Assembly (NCBI RefSeq): GCF_006345805.1
Contig: NC_043018.1
Coordinates: 28,272,001-28,336,000 of the forward strand
Origin: Octopus sinensis
Lineage: Eukaryota
Length of the DNA stretch: 64,000 nucleotides
Direction: 5' to 3'
The first letter of the stretch is position 1. Each line of letters starts with the position of its first letter. Shown here piece by piece: positions 11,479 to 23,429 of the stretch. Both the position numbers and the translations under genes were made by a program. Below the pieces are notes generated by a model. The model had not been told where the DNA came from. It saw only the letters and a program-made list of their open reading frames with translations, and searched no databases.

Positions 11479-12215
11479 CCACTCCTAATAATCATAGTCG
11501 CTTGTTTTGCAACCAACAAGCTAGCTCTTTAAAGACATCTCCATTAGAGATGAAAGCAGTATTTACACTGAGGAGTGATGTTTATTGCCACCTAAACGTG
11601 GGTGTAATATTGTTTTGTTCTTTTTTTATAGTGTATGACACTGTTTATCTACATATTGTGAGCTTGGGTAAACTACCGCTATGTCTAGCAAACAGGAACC
11701 CATCATTGAGGATGATTAAAAATAAGATCGAAATTATGTGATACGGTGGTCTCCGTGCTAGAATTGTAGTGAGTTCTCTCTCCGCTTGTAATATATATCG
11801 AGGGCGAAGAACATTGAACAGTCAACTGGAGAAGATTTTCTCCTGAGGTTCAAATATCAGTATCGTCTGTTTTTATGAGACACCCATATTTAAGTGGCGA
11901 TTAATATCATTCCTTAGTAATAATACTGCTTTTATCGCTAATAGAAAATTTCTTAATGAGCTAACTTGCTAGTTTCATACAAATATATGAATATTTATCC
12001 ATTCATTTACTTTTTATCTCCCTTCGGATATTAGACTGTACCTACGCTGAGGTACCGCTTTGGGGAAGTTTAGTCGAACGAATTGACTCCATTACTTTTT
12101 TAAAGCCTGGTACTCATTTAATGGGTCTCTTTAACAAACTAACACAGCTTATCAATAGGTTATGGTGGATATACACAAAAATCTATCTATCTATATGCCT
12201 ATCTATCTGCCTATC

Positions 12216-12274
<59 letters not shown>

Positions 12275-12282
12275 CTATCTAT

Positions 12283-12363
<81 letters not shown>

Positions 12364-12386
12364 ATAAATATATATATATACTTAAA

Positions 12387-12691
12387 TAAAGCAGCAGAAA
12401 ATTCAACAAAATCTGTTACTCTGAGTTTCTCGTTGCCGTTCATCAGACAGTTTTTGCTAGAATGGAACCGATATATCAATTCAATCCAGACTCTTACAAA
12501 CGCTGCACCTTAATAAATGGACTTGTTTGATAGGGCCAATCAAACAAGTCCATTTTTTTTTAAAAAAAGGTGTAGCGTTTGTAAGAGTCTGGATTGAATT
12601 GATATATCGGTTCCATCCTAGCAAAAACTGTCTGATGAACGGCAACGAGAAAATCAGAGTAACAGATTTTTTTGAATTTTCTGCTGCTTTA
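12387..12691. repeat. Foldback element: about 125-bp arms plus an inner 17-bp hairpin; each arm has a hammerhead-like motif
   Basis: 12387-12511 is the reverse complement of 12567-12691 with few mismatches; inner AAATGGACTTGTTTGAT/ATCAAACAAGTCCATTT. Confidence 0.9.
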
Positions 12692-12949
12692 AATAAAGCA
12701 TATTACTCTACCACTGGTATTTTGAGTACCTTTTTTTCCACCCTGTTTCACATTTATGTGTTACTCCCGGTATATATCTATATATATATATAATATATAT
12801 ATATATAATATATATATATTATGTGTGTGTGTGTGTGTATATATATATAATATAGAGTGAATCTAAACAAAAACAAACAGAAGAAACAATAACGCGAGCA
12901 CGAGGTACAAGTACTGTATTATCAGACGCTCAGTGAAGGAAGGAAAAGG

Positions 12950-12984
12950 ATTTAACGTTTCGAGCTTTGCTCGTCTTCAGAAAT
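12950..12984 (-). ncRNA. Minimal type I hammerhead candidate with intact core (family A copy 12870-13040)
   Basis: ATTT-CTGAAGA-C-GAGC(AAA)GCTC-GAA-ACGT-T-AAAT. Confidence 0.7.
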
Positions 12985-13156
12985 AGAGGAAAGTCCAAAG
13001 GAACTGAAGACGGAGGAAGAAAATTTGCGATGCGCATATTACTGCAAGCACCTATCTTTTTTTTTTGTTACTTGTTTCAGTCATTTGACTGCGGCCATGC
13101 TTGAGCACCGCCTTTAGACGAACAAATCGACCCCGGGACTTATTCTATGTAAGCCC

Positions 13157-13735
13157 GTCAGTTTCGATTGCCTCCAGGGTTGCGAAAGTTATGCCCCCAA
13201 ATGATTCTCTAAACTACGAAACAAATGGTAGTCTGAAGGTTCACGGTTGGGAAAATAAGGTGGATGATGAATTTTTTCCAACCAAGCTCTTCGATCTTCT
13301 GTGACGTGATCTTTGTAGTGTGGGGTCACGCATTGTCCTTATGAAACACCTCTCGTTTTCGATTCACTAAAGCAGGACTTTTTTCTTCAAAGCTTGGTTC
13401 AAATGCCCTAATTGCTGACAATAGACATGAGAATTGCTTGTTGCATTAAGTGGTAACAATTCAATTTGAATTACTCCTTTGCAATCCCACCAGATAGAGA
13501 GAAGAAAATTTTTCCCATGAATTTCCCTTCTCGGTTGTGGCTGAGCTTTTTCCCTTTTACCAAGCCACTGTTTACGACGTTTAACATTTCGTTAGAAGAT
13601 CCATTTTTCGTCACCAGTCACAAGTCTATCCAAAAAGGGTGAAATGAGTTCGCGAGAAATGAGAGAAGAGCAGATGTCAACTCGGGATTTGCGGTTGCTT
13701 TCAGACAATTCACGTGGCACCCATAGAAGGACTTA
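13157..13735 (-). mobile_element. Mariner transposase remnant (catalytic region)
   Basis: WVPRELSE...LDRLVTGDEKWI...LLSIWWDCKG...HPPYFPNREPSDYHLFRSL; multiple stops. Confidence 0.92.
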
Positions 13736-13889
13736 TCAGAAGATAAATTGGAAGTGCGAAGGTTCTGTACAGAGTAAAATGTGAAGTGGCTTGTATTTAC
13801 CTAGGAAGTGTTAGAAGCTGTGACGGCTCAGTATAAAAGGTGTTTAAGGTGGAAAAGAAGTCGTTAGATTCGATTAAAATCAGAACACT

Positions 13890-14100
13890 TTTAAGATAAA
13901 TCTTTATCATCATTCGCCTGCACTTTAATATCTTGAGACATAAAATTCATAAAACAGGGCGAAATACCTAGTTTCCATAATGTATAAGGAATCGAGAATT
14001 GGGAAACCTGTCCGCCGCTGAAACACTCATTTACATCAATTAGGGCAACATGAAATAAACCGTTATACTCAAAGGACTTACGGCACAATGAAATGAACCG
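13890..14100 (-). mobile_element. Possible degenerate non-LTR RT fragment
   Basis: FHVALIDVNECFS...LWKLGISPCFMNFM resembles the RT 'xDxxKAFD...LxKLG' region; weak. Confidence 0.35.
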
Positions 14101-14599
14101 TTTTACTTAAGAACACAACATATCTATCGGTCCGGGAATTGAAAATACGACCGTATGATCGCGAGTGCAGCATTCGAAACATTAAGGCCACCATGACAGC
14201 CTAAGGTTAATAACTTTATCTCAAGATAATGCCCAGAAGCAAGTGTATAACAGAGGAAGGGCTTTATTAAGTTTTATTTCATTTTTCCCGGTTTAGTAAA
14301 TCTTGCATTCGATAATAATTTGATATTATTAAGATAAATAATCCCTTGATGATTTACAAGAATTATCCCTGAAACCTCAGAGAGAAGTTGTAAATGGAAA
14401 GGAAATTAAATTAGGAGTCAATTGTAATTTTATTACAGATTCAATCTATAGATTGGGCTTAAGCCCAATGTTTAAGACTGATCAGTAAAACTACGGTTGA
14501 TATACAACACAACAAATAGATACTCGCACACGCACACACGCACACATACACACACAAATACACACAGACACAATATATATACATATACATATACATATA

Positions 14600-14770
14600 T
14601 ATAAGGTGGTGAGATGGCAGGATCACTCAGCGACATTTCTTTCGTTTGCCTCTTTACGCTTTCAGTTCAAATCCTGCTGTCATATGTGCCATGAACCGCT
14701 TCGACTATCGATAAAGCAGTGTACCAGTCAAACACTGGAGTAGGGACAATCATATTGTCCCTCAACATCA
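14600..14770 (+). mobile_element. SINE family B, diverged
   Basis: TTCAGTTCAAATCC...GACTATCGATAAAGCAGTGTACCAGTCAAACACTGG. Confidence 0.6.
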
Positions 14771-14896
14771 AAATATTCTTCCTTGACCCTTGCAACGAAC
14801 CGATGTCTCTTTCAAGGATGTGTTGGGATATCTGTCACTTATACGCCATGAAGTTCTATTACGGACTGTTTGAGTTCTAGGACTCCAGAAAATCTG

Positions 14897-14952
<56 letters not shown>

Positions 14953-14954
14953 TG

Positions 14955-15125
14955 TATATATACGATGGGCTTCTTTCAGTTTCCGTCTACAAAATCCACT
15001 CTCAAGGCTTTGGTTGGCCCCAGGGTATAGTAGAAGACACTAGCCCAAGGTGCCACGCAGTGGGACTGAACCCCGAACCATGTGAGTGGTAAGCAAGCTA
15101 CTTACCACACAACCACTCCTACGTC
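14955..15125 (-). mobile_element. SINE family A, 5' half
   Basis: Matches the head of 11065-11478; breaks at the internal (CA)n. Confidence 0.9.
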
Positions 15126-15164
15126 TATATGTATACATACATATATGAGTGTGTGTGTGTATGC

Positions 15165-15206
<42 letters not shown>

Positions 15207-16128
15207 TTGTGTGTATATGTGTGTGTTTGTATTGTATGTGTGTGTTTGTATTGTATGTGTGTGTGTGTAAAAGTTTACTAATAAGCTACCTATCTTTTAG
15301 AACATAGACATTTAATTAACACAGAATCCAGAGTAGGTAATACTGAATTCTGTAGCAAGAAGCAAGCAGCTTAAATCACCAGCTGATGATAAGTGGAAAA
15401 ATTTATATAGATTAGAATACAGATTCGCTATGTTTTCAATCTGTGTTTGTGCAAGAAGTTGTTAGAATCATGGCAAACAGCTAAGTTTCAATCTATATAT
15501 ATTGTAATTACTGTCTTTGAAATTGTGCCACACGTATTTAAAATCGCTTCCACATCATTTCGCTATTTTAACTAAGATTTAAAACCTGTCAAGACCTGCC
15601 GCTATTGCACTGTATATCTCTATATCTGCGGAACGTACGAGAACATTATAGTTTGACAAACTACTTTGGAATAATTCCTTTTGCCGACTACACTTTGATT
15701 AATGTCAAAATCCATCACATACTAAAACTAAAAGCTATAATGCGCAAGCTTCGTCTTAAAGCGGAATCCCAAACTGTTTGCGGCGTCGGTGAAAAATTAA
15801 TTACATACATTAACGGGTGATACATATTTCGCAGAGACTGTAGGAGAGACGGCATAAGAAGACGTTTGTATATATCTAAATGGACATTTAGGTAGAGACA
15901 AATACACAGGAACACACACGCACGCGCGCAATCACAACTTCGCACACACATAAACACACATACATCCACACACTCACACACATACATACAAACATGCACA
16001 CGCATGCAAACACGGACACTTATGCATGTATGTATACATACACACACACATATATCTGCTTTCGGTGCGAATGTTTTTATTTTATTTTATATAGCGCCGT
16101 TTTTACAATCCTGTAAATAACAATAATA

Positions 16129-16329
16129 GTATTTTTGTATAAGCTTAATGCTTTGGGCGATCACCGTGCAATGACTAAGGAAAATAGTCTAATAACGGGG
16201 CATATAAGCCCTCGACAGAAAAAAGAAGGCTTTCCTAACTGTCGAGGGCTTATATGCCCTTTTATTAGATTATTTTCCGTAGTCATTGCACGGTGATCGC
16301 CATAAGGCTTAAGCTTATATAAAAAATAC
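16129..16329. repeat. About 200-bp foldback (MITE-like), about 90-bp arms, 20-nt loop
   Basis: ...GGCATATAAGCCCTCGACAG / CTGTCGAGGGCTTATATGCC... arms. Confidence 0.88.
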
Positions 16330-16337
16330 CAGGTAAA

Positions 16338-16470
16338 TAGGCGCAGGAATGGCTGTGTGGTAAGTAGCTTGCTTACCAACCACATAGTTCCGGGTTCATA
16401 GCCTCGGGCCGACCAATGCCTTGTGAGTGGATTTGGTAGACAGAAACTGAAAGAAGCCTGTCGTATATAG

Positions 16471-16503
<33 letters not shown>

Positions 16504-16545
16504 CTATGTTTGTGTGTCTGTGTTTGTCCCCCTAGCATTGGATCC
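16338..16545 (+). mobile_element. SINE family A, 5' part with internal deletion
   Basis: AGGCGCAGGAATGGCTGTGTGGTAAGTAGCTTGC head. Confidence 0.88.
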
Positions 16546-17157
16546 ACAAATGGGATTAAAAAGCTTGTAAATAGATGGAATGACGTCATAGATAATCAGG
16601 GAAAGTACATTGATGATTAAATTTCAATTAAATATAACATTTGATCACTTGTTTTCTTTATTCAAAATTCGGACAGAACTTACGGGATGACCTCATAATC
16701 TAACAGCTTCGTCCCTTGAACTGCTTCTCTTTGGTACTCTTTACCATCGACTTGTTTCCTCTGGTCCTCCATGTTTTCTGCCGATCGATATTTTGTTTTT
16801 AATTTGCTGACCGCTTCTATTGCTTCTTTTTTCCCTGACACAAAAGGAGCTTCAGACCTTGTTTGGGACACAAATCGTTTCACAAAAGAACCAAACTATA
16901 TGTTTTTCATTGTAGTCCATCACATTGTGTGCTAATTAAATCGTTATAGTGTTGACAACATTAATATTTAATAATAACAATGATAATAAACAATTACCAG
17001 AGCACTTCACGACAACCGCGCTTTGTCTCTCAGTCCATATATATCTATATGCGTAAGCCAGTGCTTGTATGTGTATGCACACGTGCTTTTATGTTATAGT
17101 GTATGTCTGTGTGTGTGAGTGTGTGTGAGTGTGTGTGTGTGCATGCGCGTGCATGTA

Positions 17158-17192
<35 letters not shown>

Positions 17193-17543
17193 CTATAATA
17201 TATATATATATATATCTATATAACATATATATATATATATATGTGTGTGTGCTCCTTTAAAAGTCCCTCCAACGATCTTTTCTTCTACTGGTTATCGTTG
17301 GGTGTGGCTTGCTACTAATAATTATTGCCTACTTTGCGTAAATGTTTTTAGAAAATCACCAGGAGGTATTAAGCTAGGTAGAAGTAATAAATATAAAGGA
17401 AGCCTATATTACAAATGTGTTTAACAATAAATGAAAAGAGAAAGTCGAAAACTATTTACTGTTAATCATATTTGCTATAGATTCATTATGGCTTCCTTCG
17501 TTATTGTAAAAAAATTCAAACAAAAGCTGTTTCTGTGTGTGAG

Positions 17544-17658
<115 letters not shown>

Positions 17659-17974
17659 CATACATACATACATACATACATACACAGACACACACACAAA
17701 TATATACACACATATTTATACATACATATATACATATACCTACATATATATAAATATTCATATACGTATATAAGCACCTACACATGTACATAGATGCTAC
17801 ATACTTATCTGATTAGAAGCAATTTTCATAAATCAGTTTATGAGTCACTACCAGCTACTAATCCGGTCATAAGAAAGGCATGTCGATTAATCTTATAATT
17901 CTGCAAAATAAGACTTAAATGAGAAAACGGAATTTGAAAAACGGAAATGGCGAAATTGAAATTCTGAAAAAATT

Positions 17975-18345
17975 TACTCTTTTACTTGTTTCAGTAATTT
18001 GACTGCGGCCATGGTGGAGCACCGCCTTTAATCGAGCAACTCGACCCCGAGACTTATTCTTTTGTAAGCCCAGTACTTATTCTATCGGTCTCTTTTGCCG
18101 AACCGCTAAGTAACGGGGAACATAAACACACCAGCATCAGTTGTCAAGCAATGTTAGGGGGACAAACACAGACACACAAACATACACGCACATACACATA
18201 TATACATATATACGACGGGCTTCTTTCAGTTTCCGTCTACCAAATCCACTCACAAGGCTTTGGTCGGCGCGAGGCTATAGTAGAAGGCATTTGCCCAAGG
18301 TGCCACGCAGTGGGACTGAACCCGGAACCATATGGTTGGCAAACA
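17975..18345 (-). mobile_element. SINE family A, near full length
   Basis: High similarity to 11065-11478. Confidence 0.92.
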
Positions 18346-18429
18346 AGCACCAAAAAATTGAAATTAAGGCATAAATGAAAAATATAAAAAGGATAATAAA
18401 TGAAATTTTACGGTGACTATTATGCTTGC

Positions 18430-18640
18430 TGTGGAGGCACATGGCCTAGTGGTTAGAGCTGCAGACTTGCGGTCGAGGGATCGTGGATTCGAACCTCAGA
18501 CCGGCAGATGTGTGTATGCTTATGAGACAAACACCTAAGCTGCTCGCGGCTCCGGCGGAAGGTAATGGCGAACTTCTGCTGACTCTTTCGCCAAAAATTT
18601 CTTTCTCAACCTTTCCTCCTGCATCTAGCAGTTCACCTTT
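18430..18640 (+). mobile_element. tRNA-derived SINE family C
   Basis: GGAGGCACATGGCCTAGTGGTTAGAGC...GGATTCGAACCT head; homolog at 50755-51065. Confidence 0.8.
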
Positions 18641-18714
18641 TATGCTTAAAATTTGCAGATTGTGAAAAAGCTTTTGATTCAGTGGAAATTGATGATATAC
18701 TAAGAGCATATTAT

Positions 18715-18896
18715 AGGCGTAGGAGTGGCTGTGTGGTAAGTAGCTTGCATACCAACCTCATGGTTCCGGATTCAGTCCCATTGCGTGGCACACTGGGCAA
18801 GTGTCTTCTACTATAGCCTCGGGCCGACCAAAGCCTTGTGAGTGGATTTGGTAGACGGAAACTGAAACAACTCGTCGTACATATGTATAAACACAC

Positions 18897-18938
<42 letters not shown>

Positions 18939-19350
18939 TATAATATATATATGCATATATATACATATATATATATACATATATATACATACATATACAT
19001 GCATACATATATATATATATAGATATACATGCATACATACATGTATATACATACATACATATACATAACATACATACATACATACCATACATAAATCCAT
19101 ATATATATATATGTGTGTGTGTGCATATGTTTGTGTGTTTGTGTTTGTTCCTCCAACATCGATTGACAACCGATACCGGTGTGTTTACGTCTCCGTAACT
19201 TAGCGGTATTATTTATAATGGTAGGTAAACTAAGTGACCGATAGAATAAGTACTAGGCTTACAAGGAATAACTCCTGGTGTTGATTTGCTCGTCTAAAGG
19301 CGGTGCTCCTGTATGGCCACACTCAAATGATTGAAACAAATAAAAATAGT
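18715..19350 (+). mobile_element. SINE family A, full length with expanded internal microsatellite
   Basis: Head at 18715, tail to about 19350, about 250 bp of TA/TACA inside. Confidence 0.9.
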
Positions 19351-19354
19351 AAAA

Positions 19355-19505
19355 GAACATTAGAGGAAATGGGTATCCCAGAAGACTAGGTGATGTTATT
19401 AGTGAATGTACACCAACTGTAAAACTACATAAGCTATGAACCACAAGATTGTTAAAGGTGTCAGACAAGGAGACATCATATCACCCAAATCATTCACATC
19501 TTTGG
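19355..19505 (+). mobile_element. Non-LTR RT fragment (RTE-like)
   Basis: RTLEEMGIP...KGVRQGDIISPKSF. Confidence 0.65.
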
Positions 19506-19930
19506 TGTATGATCCAGGTAATATAATACAAGGAAGGAAAGTTATATTTGAAATTTCTAATCATTTACATACGTTTTCGATGGCGATAAAACATTAGGTC
19601 TACGAATTTGAAGGCCGGAAATTTAGGATGGAAAAGAGAAATGAAGAAAAATGCGACAAATAGTCTTTCGGAAAATTGCTTGGTTATAGAATGTGGCTTT
19701 ACTACAACAGTCGGAAATGAATAACAAAGGCTATCTCAATTAAGTAGGTAAAAGAAGGGGAAAATGAAAACCCAGAATAGAAATCTACTGTAAAAAAGCA
19801 ATATAGACACTACAATTGAAAATTTTTTATCTTTCATATGTGTGTGTGTGTGTGTCTGTCTGTCTATCTGTCGGTGTTCAGTGACGTCTCATGACGAGTC
19901 TCACTATGGAATTAATTTATATATATATGT

Positions 19931-19962
<32 letters not shown>

Positions 19963-20089
19963 TAATCCAAACAAGAAACCACAGAAAAAAAAGAGAAAAA
20001 AAACACAGCAACGCAGGACGTGGAACAATTAAAGTATTATTGACGCTCAGGAAAGAAGGGAAGAGGGTTTAACCGTTTCGAGCGGAGCT

Positions 20090-20190
<101 letters not shown>

Positions 20191-20197
20191 GGTATAA

Positions 20198-20658
20198 TGT
20201 ATCAAATGAAATAAATGAAAAACAGGACACAAATGTCGCGGTACACATGCTTCGAGCTTTATAAAACAACTTATTCTTACATCAATGTATATCGACATAA
20301 CTATCTGTTATGTCGATTATACATTCTCACCTCTATGTTGAGTGAGAAAACGGTATGGACGGATTTTTGGAGTCCAATATTACCCTGTACACCTATTTGA
20401 TTATGAAGATTTAAAAACATACTTTCCCTGTGATACTCAGTTTACCTACCATTATAAATAATACCAAATGTTCTTTCTCAAACCTTTCATAATGTGATAC
20501 AAGTCTTTGGTGTGGCAATTGCATGCGGCTGAAGATGGCTTTAAACTATATGTTATGTCGATTATGCATTGATGTAAGAATAAGTTGTTTTATAAAGCTC
20601 GAAACATGTGTACCGCGACATCCTTTGTGCCGTTTTTCATTTTATTTCATTTGATACA
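20198..20658. repeat. Foldback element with about 100-bp inverted arms
   Basis: ATGTCGCGGTACACATG.TTCGAGCTTTATAAAACAACTTATTCTTACATCAATG at 20227-20290, inverted at about 20560-20622. Confidence 0.88.
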
Positions 20659-20742
20659 TATATCCTCTCACCTATGCTACTAGCTGGCATATACAGGTGC
20701 TTACATTTATCAAGTGTTCACCCTGAATTTATTATATTTAGG

Positions 20743-20776
<34 letters not shown>

Positions 20777-20904
20777 GTATATATATGTGTGTGTGTGTGT
20801 GTGCGTGTGTGTGCGGGGGCATGAATACATGCATGTATACACGCGAACACGCATATCTATATAAATATAGATGCATGTGTATGTATGTATATCCTATATA
20901 TATA

Positions 20905-21085
20905 TTAGTATAGTTAAGCGGTTAAGTCGCATAGCAGCATTTTGTCCATCTTTATGTTCTGAGTTCAAATTCCGCCGAGGCCGACTTTGAATTTCATGCC
21001 TTCGGGCGAATTCTAAGGTTGGTGTAATTAACTTATCCACTTCTCCAAAAGTGTCTCCCTTGTGCCAAAATTTGAAGCTAATATC
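20905..21085 (+). mobile_element. SINE family B
   Basis: GTTCTGAGTTCAAATTCCGCCGAGGCCGACTTTG. Confidence 0.75.
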
Positions 21086-21644
21086 TGTGTGTATATATTA
21101 AAATATATATGTAAGGATTGTTGTTAAATGCTATCGTGGTGTGTCTGAGAGAGCGAATGCGAGTTAGCATGCTATTCCCTTTAAATTAAACCTTATAATC
21201 CACCACGTATATATAATAACTAGATTTATAAATGCAACAGTTGCATTAGGAAATTTCTATTATAAAAGAAACAATAGAATTTGATAATTTAATAATGTCA
21301 TATTATGTATTACACCTATTGAGTGCGAAGTGATTTTGCAAAGTAGTGTGGATATCCCCCTGTGAAAATTACATTATCCAGCTGTGATAATACAAGTTAA
21401 AGAAACAGATCTGTGCTATTGAGTATTAGGAATCCGTCAAACAATGAAATTGTGATAAATAACATGGAATTCAGAGCTGAGAATCAGAATATAGCACTGG
21501 AGGGAAGTTTGCATATGTTTATCTACTGATATTTAATGAAACACAAGATATTAGCTGAGATTTAATTATATATACGTACACGATTTTAGTGAAATATACG
21601 AGAATTATTTTCTAATATACAATAGCACTCTTAATGTAGCTTAG

Positions 21645-21722
21645 TTATTACTATTATTATTATTATTATTATAATTATTATTATTATTATTGTTGTTGTT
21701 GTTGTTGTTGTTGCTGTTGTTG

Positions 21723-21757
<35 letters not shown>

Positions 21758-21935
21758 GTTATTATCATTATTATTATCATTATTATTATTACTATTATTA
21801 TTATTATTATTATTAATTATTATTATTATTTTATTATATTTATTTTATATTATGCTATTGTTGTTTTGTTGTTGTTGTTGTTATCATTTTATCATTATTG
21901 TTATTTTATTGTTATTATTATTATTATTATTATCA

Positions 21936-21980
<45 letters not shown>

Positions 21981-22015
21981 TATTATTATTATCATCATTA
22001 TTATTATTATTATAT
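21645..22015. repeat. (TAT/TGT/CAT)n compound trinucleotide tract
   Basis: Direct reading. Confidence 0.95.
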
Positions 22016-22249
22016 TTGTCGCAAAACACGTAGGACGTTCTTTCGAACAAGCTTCGTAAAGTCACGCCTAAAACTGTTCTATTCACCATTTTTGTTAGAA
22101 GTGGATGTTATAAATATTGTTATAAACTGTCAATAAGAATACGGGTAATCTCTTGGCAATTGTACATTGGTTGTTTCTGCCCCTTATGAGGCATTATTTG
22201 TATAATTATCTATTTCACTCATAAAACGCCTCATCTTGTTTAAAAACAA

Positions 22250-22990
22250 AAAATAAACACACAAGATGGCGCCGTCATCATCAGCGTCATTACCATCGTG
22301 GATCATCATGGGAACATCGAGGGGGGAAGCCGTTCCTCTCACCAGCCCCCCCCCCAGAAGAAGACACCCCGCCCTTCTGTCACTTAATCCCAGCGACAAC
22401 AACAACAGCATCAGTGCAAAGAAGGACAATGTAAAGAGAGAAGACAGTAGAAGCAACAGCAACAGCAAAACCGACACTATGGACAACAACAAGCTGTTCT
22501 TGATGAAGAAATATAAGAATTGGCCCAAGCCAAAAAAATCATAAAAACTGAGTGTAGTAGGGCCGCATTACTTGTGTTGGAAATGAAGGGAAAAAAACTA
22601 GTTATTTTAAATGTGCCTGGCACAGGAGAAGGCAAACAGATATAGCATCTATATGACAAGTGGAGGATGCTTTGAAGGAGATCTTAGAAGTGGCCCTCTT
22701 GTAAAGAGGCATACAGTATGCCGGCATCGAGGTCCTCTTCAAATGTGAGGAGGTCATGCGTAAACATGCAGTGGCGCTCCATTGGTAATAGGAATGGGTC
22801 CTGTACCCAAGCTACCCCTCAAAAGCAAATGTCAGAATAAAAATATCGGGCGTTCCGCCGGGCGTGAAGTTTTGCTAGATTGTAGCGTGCGTGGTAGAGG
22901 AGCTGGAATCACTCATTGGGGTGAAATGGAACATCAGGAAAAACTGGTCTGCAATAACCATAGAAATCTTGCTTCTAGAAATCTTTAAAC
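22250..22990 (+). mobile_element. GC-richer island, possibly a decayed LINE 5'/ORF1 region
   Basis: Broken frames such as QVEDALKEILEVA..RGIQYAGIEVLFKCEE and GVPP; no diagnostic motif confirmed. Confidence 0.3.
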
Positions 22991-23334
22991 GTTTAAAATT
23001 TTACTTTAATTGATTTGATTTTATTTAGTTTATTTTATATTTTATATACATGTGAGGGCGCATGGCTTAATGGTTAAGATGTGGTTCAAAACACTCCATC
23101 TCACGTTGGGCTGAGATCATTTCGTCACCTGATGTACGGCACACACTGTACCTGTTCAGACAAAGTCGATTTCATGAGGGGAGCGATATAATGTCTGGCG
23201 CAAGCATTTGATTATTATAAACAAATCATTTGTGCAGGTCTATCACCAAAAGCTGAACACTCAACACGTCTTTTTCGACGGGAGAGTTTATTGTATAAAC
23301 ACACCACACGCGTACACCACACAGATACACACGC

Positions 23335-23389
<55 letters not shown>

Positions 23390-23429
23390 TATATATATAT
23401 TGTATATATAGTATACATATATATATGAT

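Noticed and set aside
15383-15410. CTGATGA-TAAGTG-GAAA and the similar motif at about 36312
   Set aside because: No helix I or II pairing; expected by chance in AT-rich DNA
16680-16883. 67-aa minus-strand ORF with normal composition
   Set aside because: No recognisable motif, short, no support for exon status
18430-18500. tRNA genes at SINE heads (also 50755 and 8612)
   Set aside because: Only A/B-box-like heads continuing into SINE bodies; no complete cloverleaf with acceptor stem
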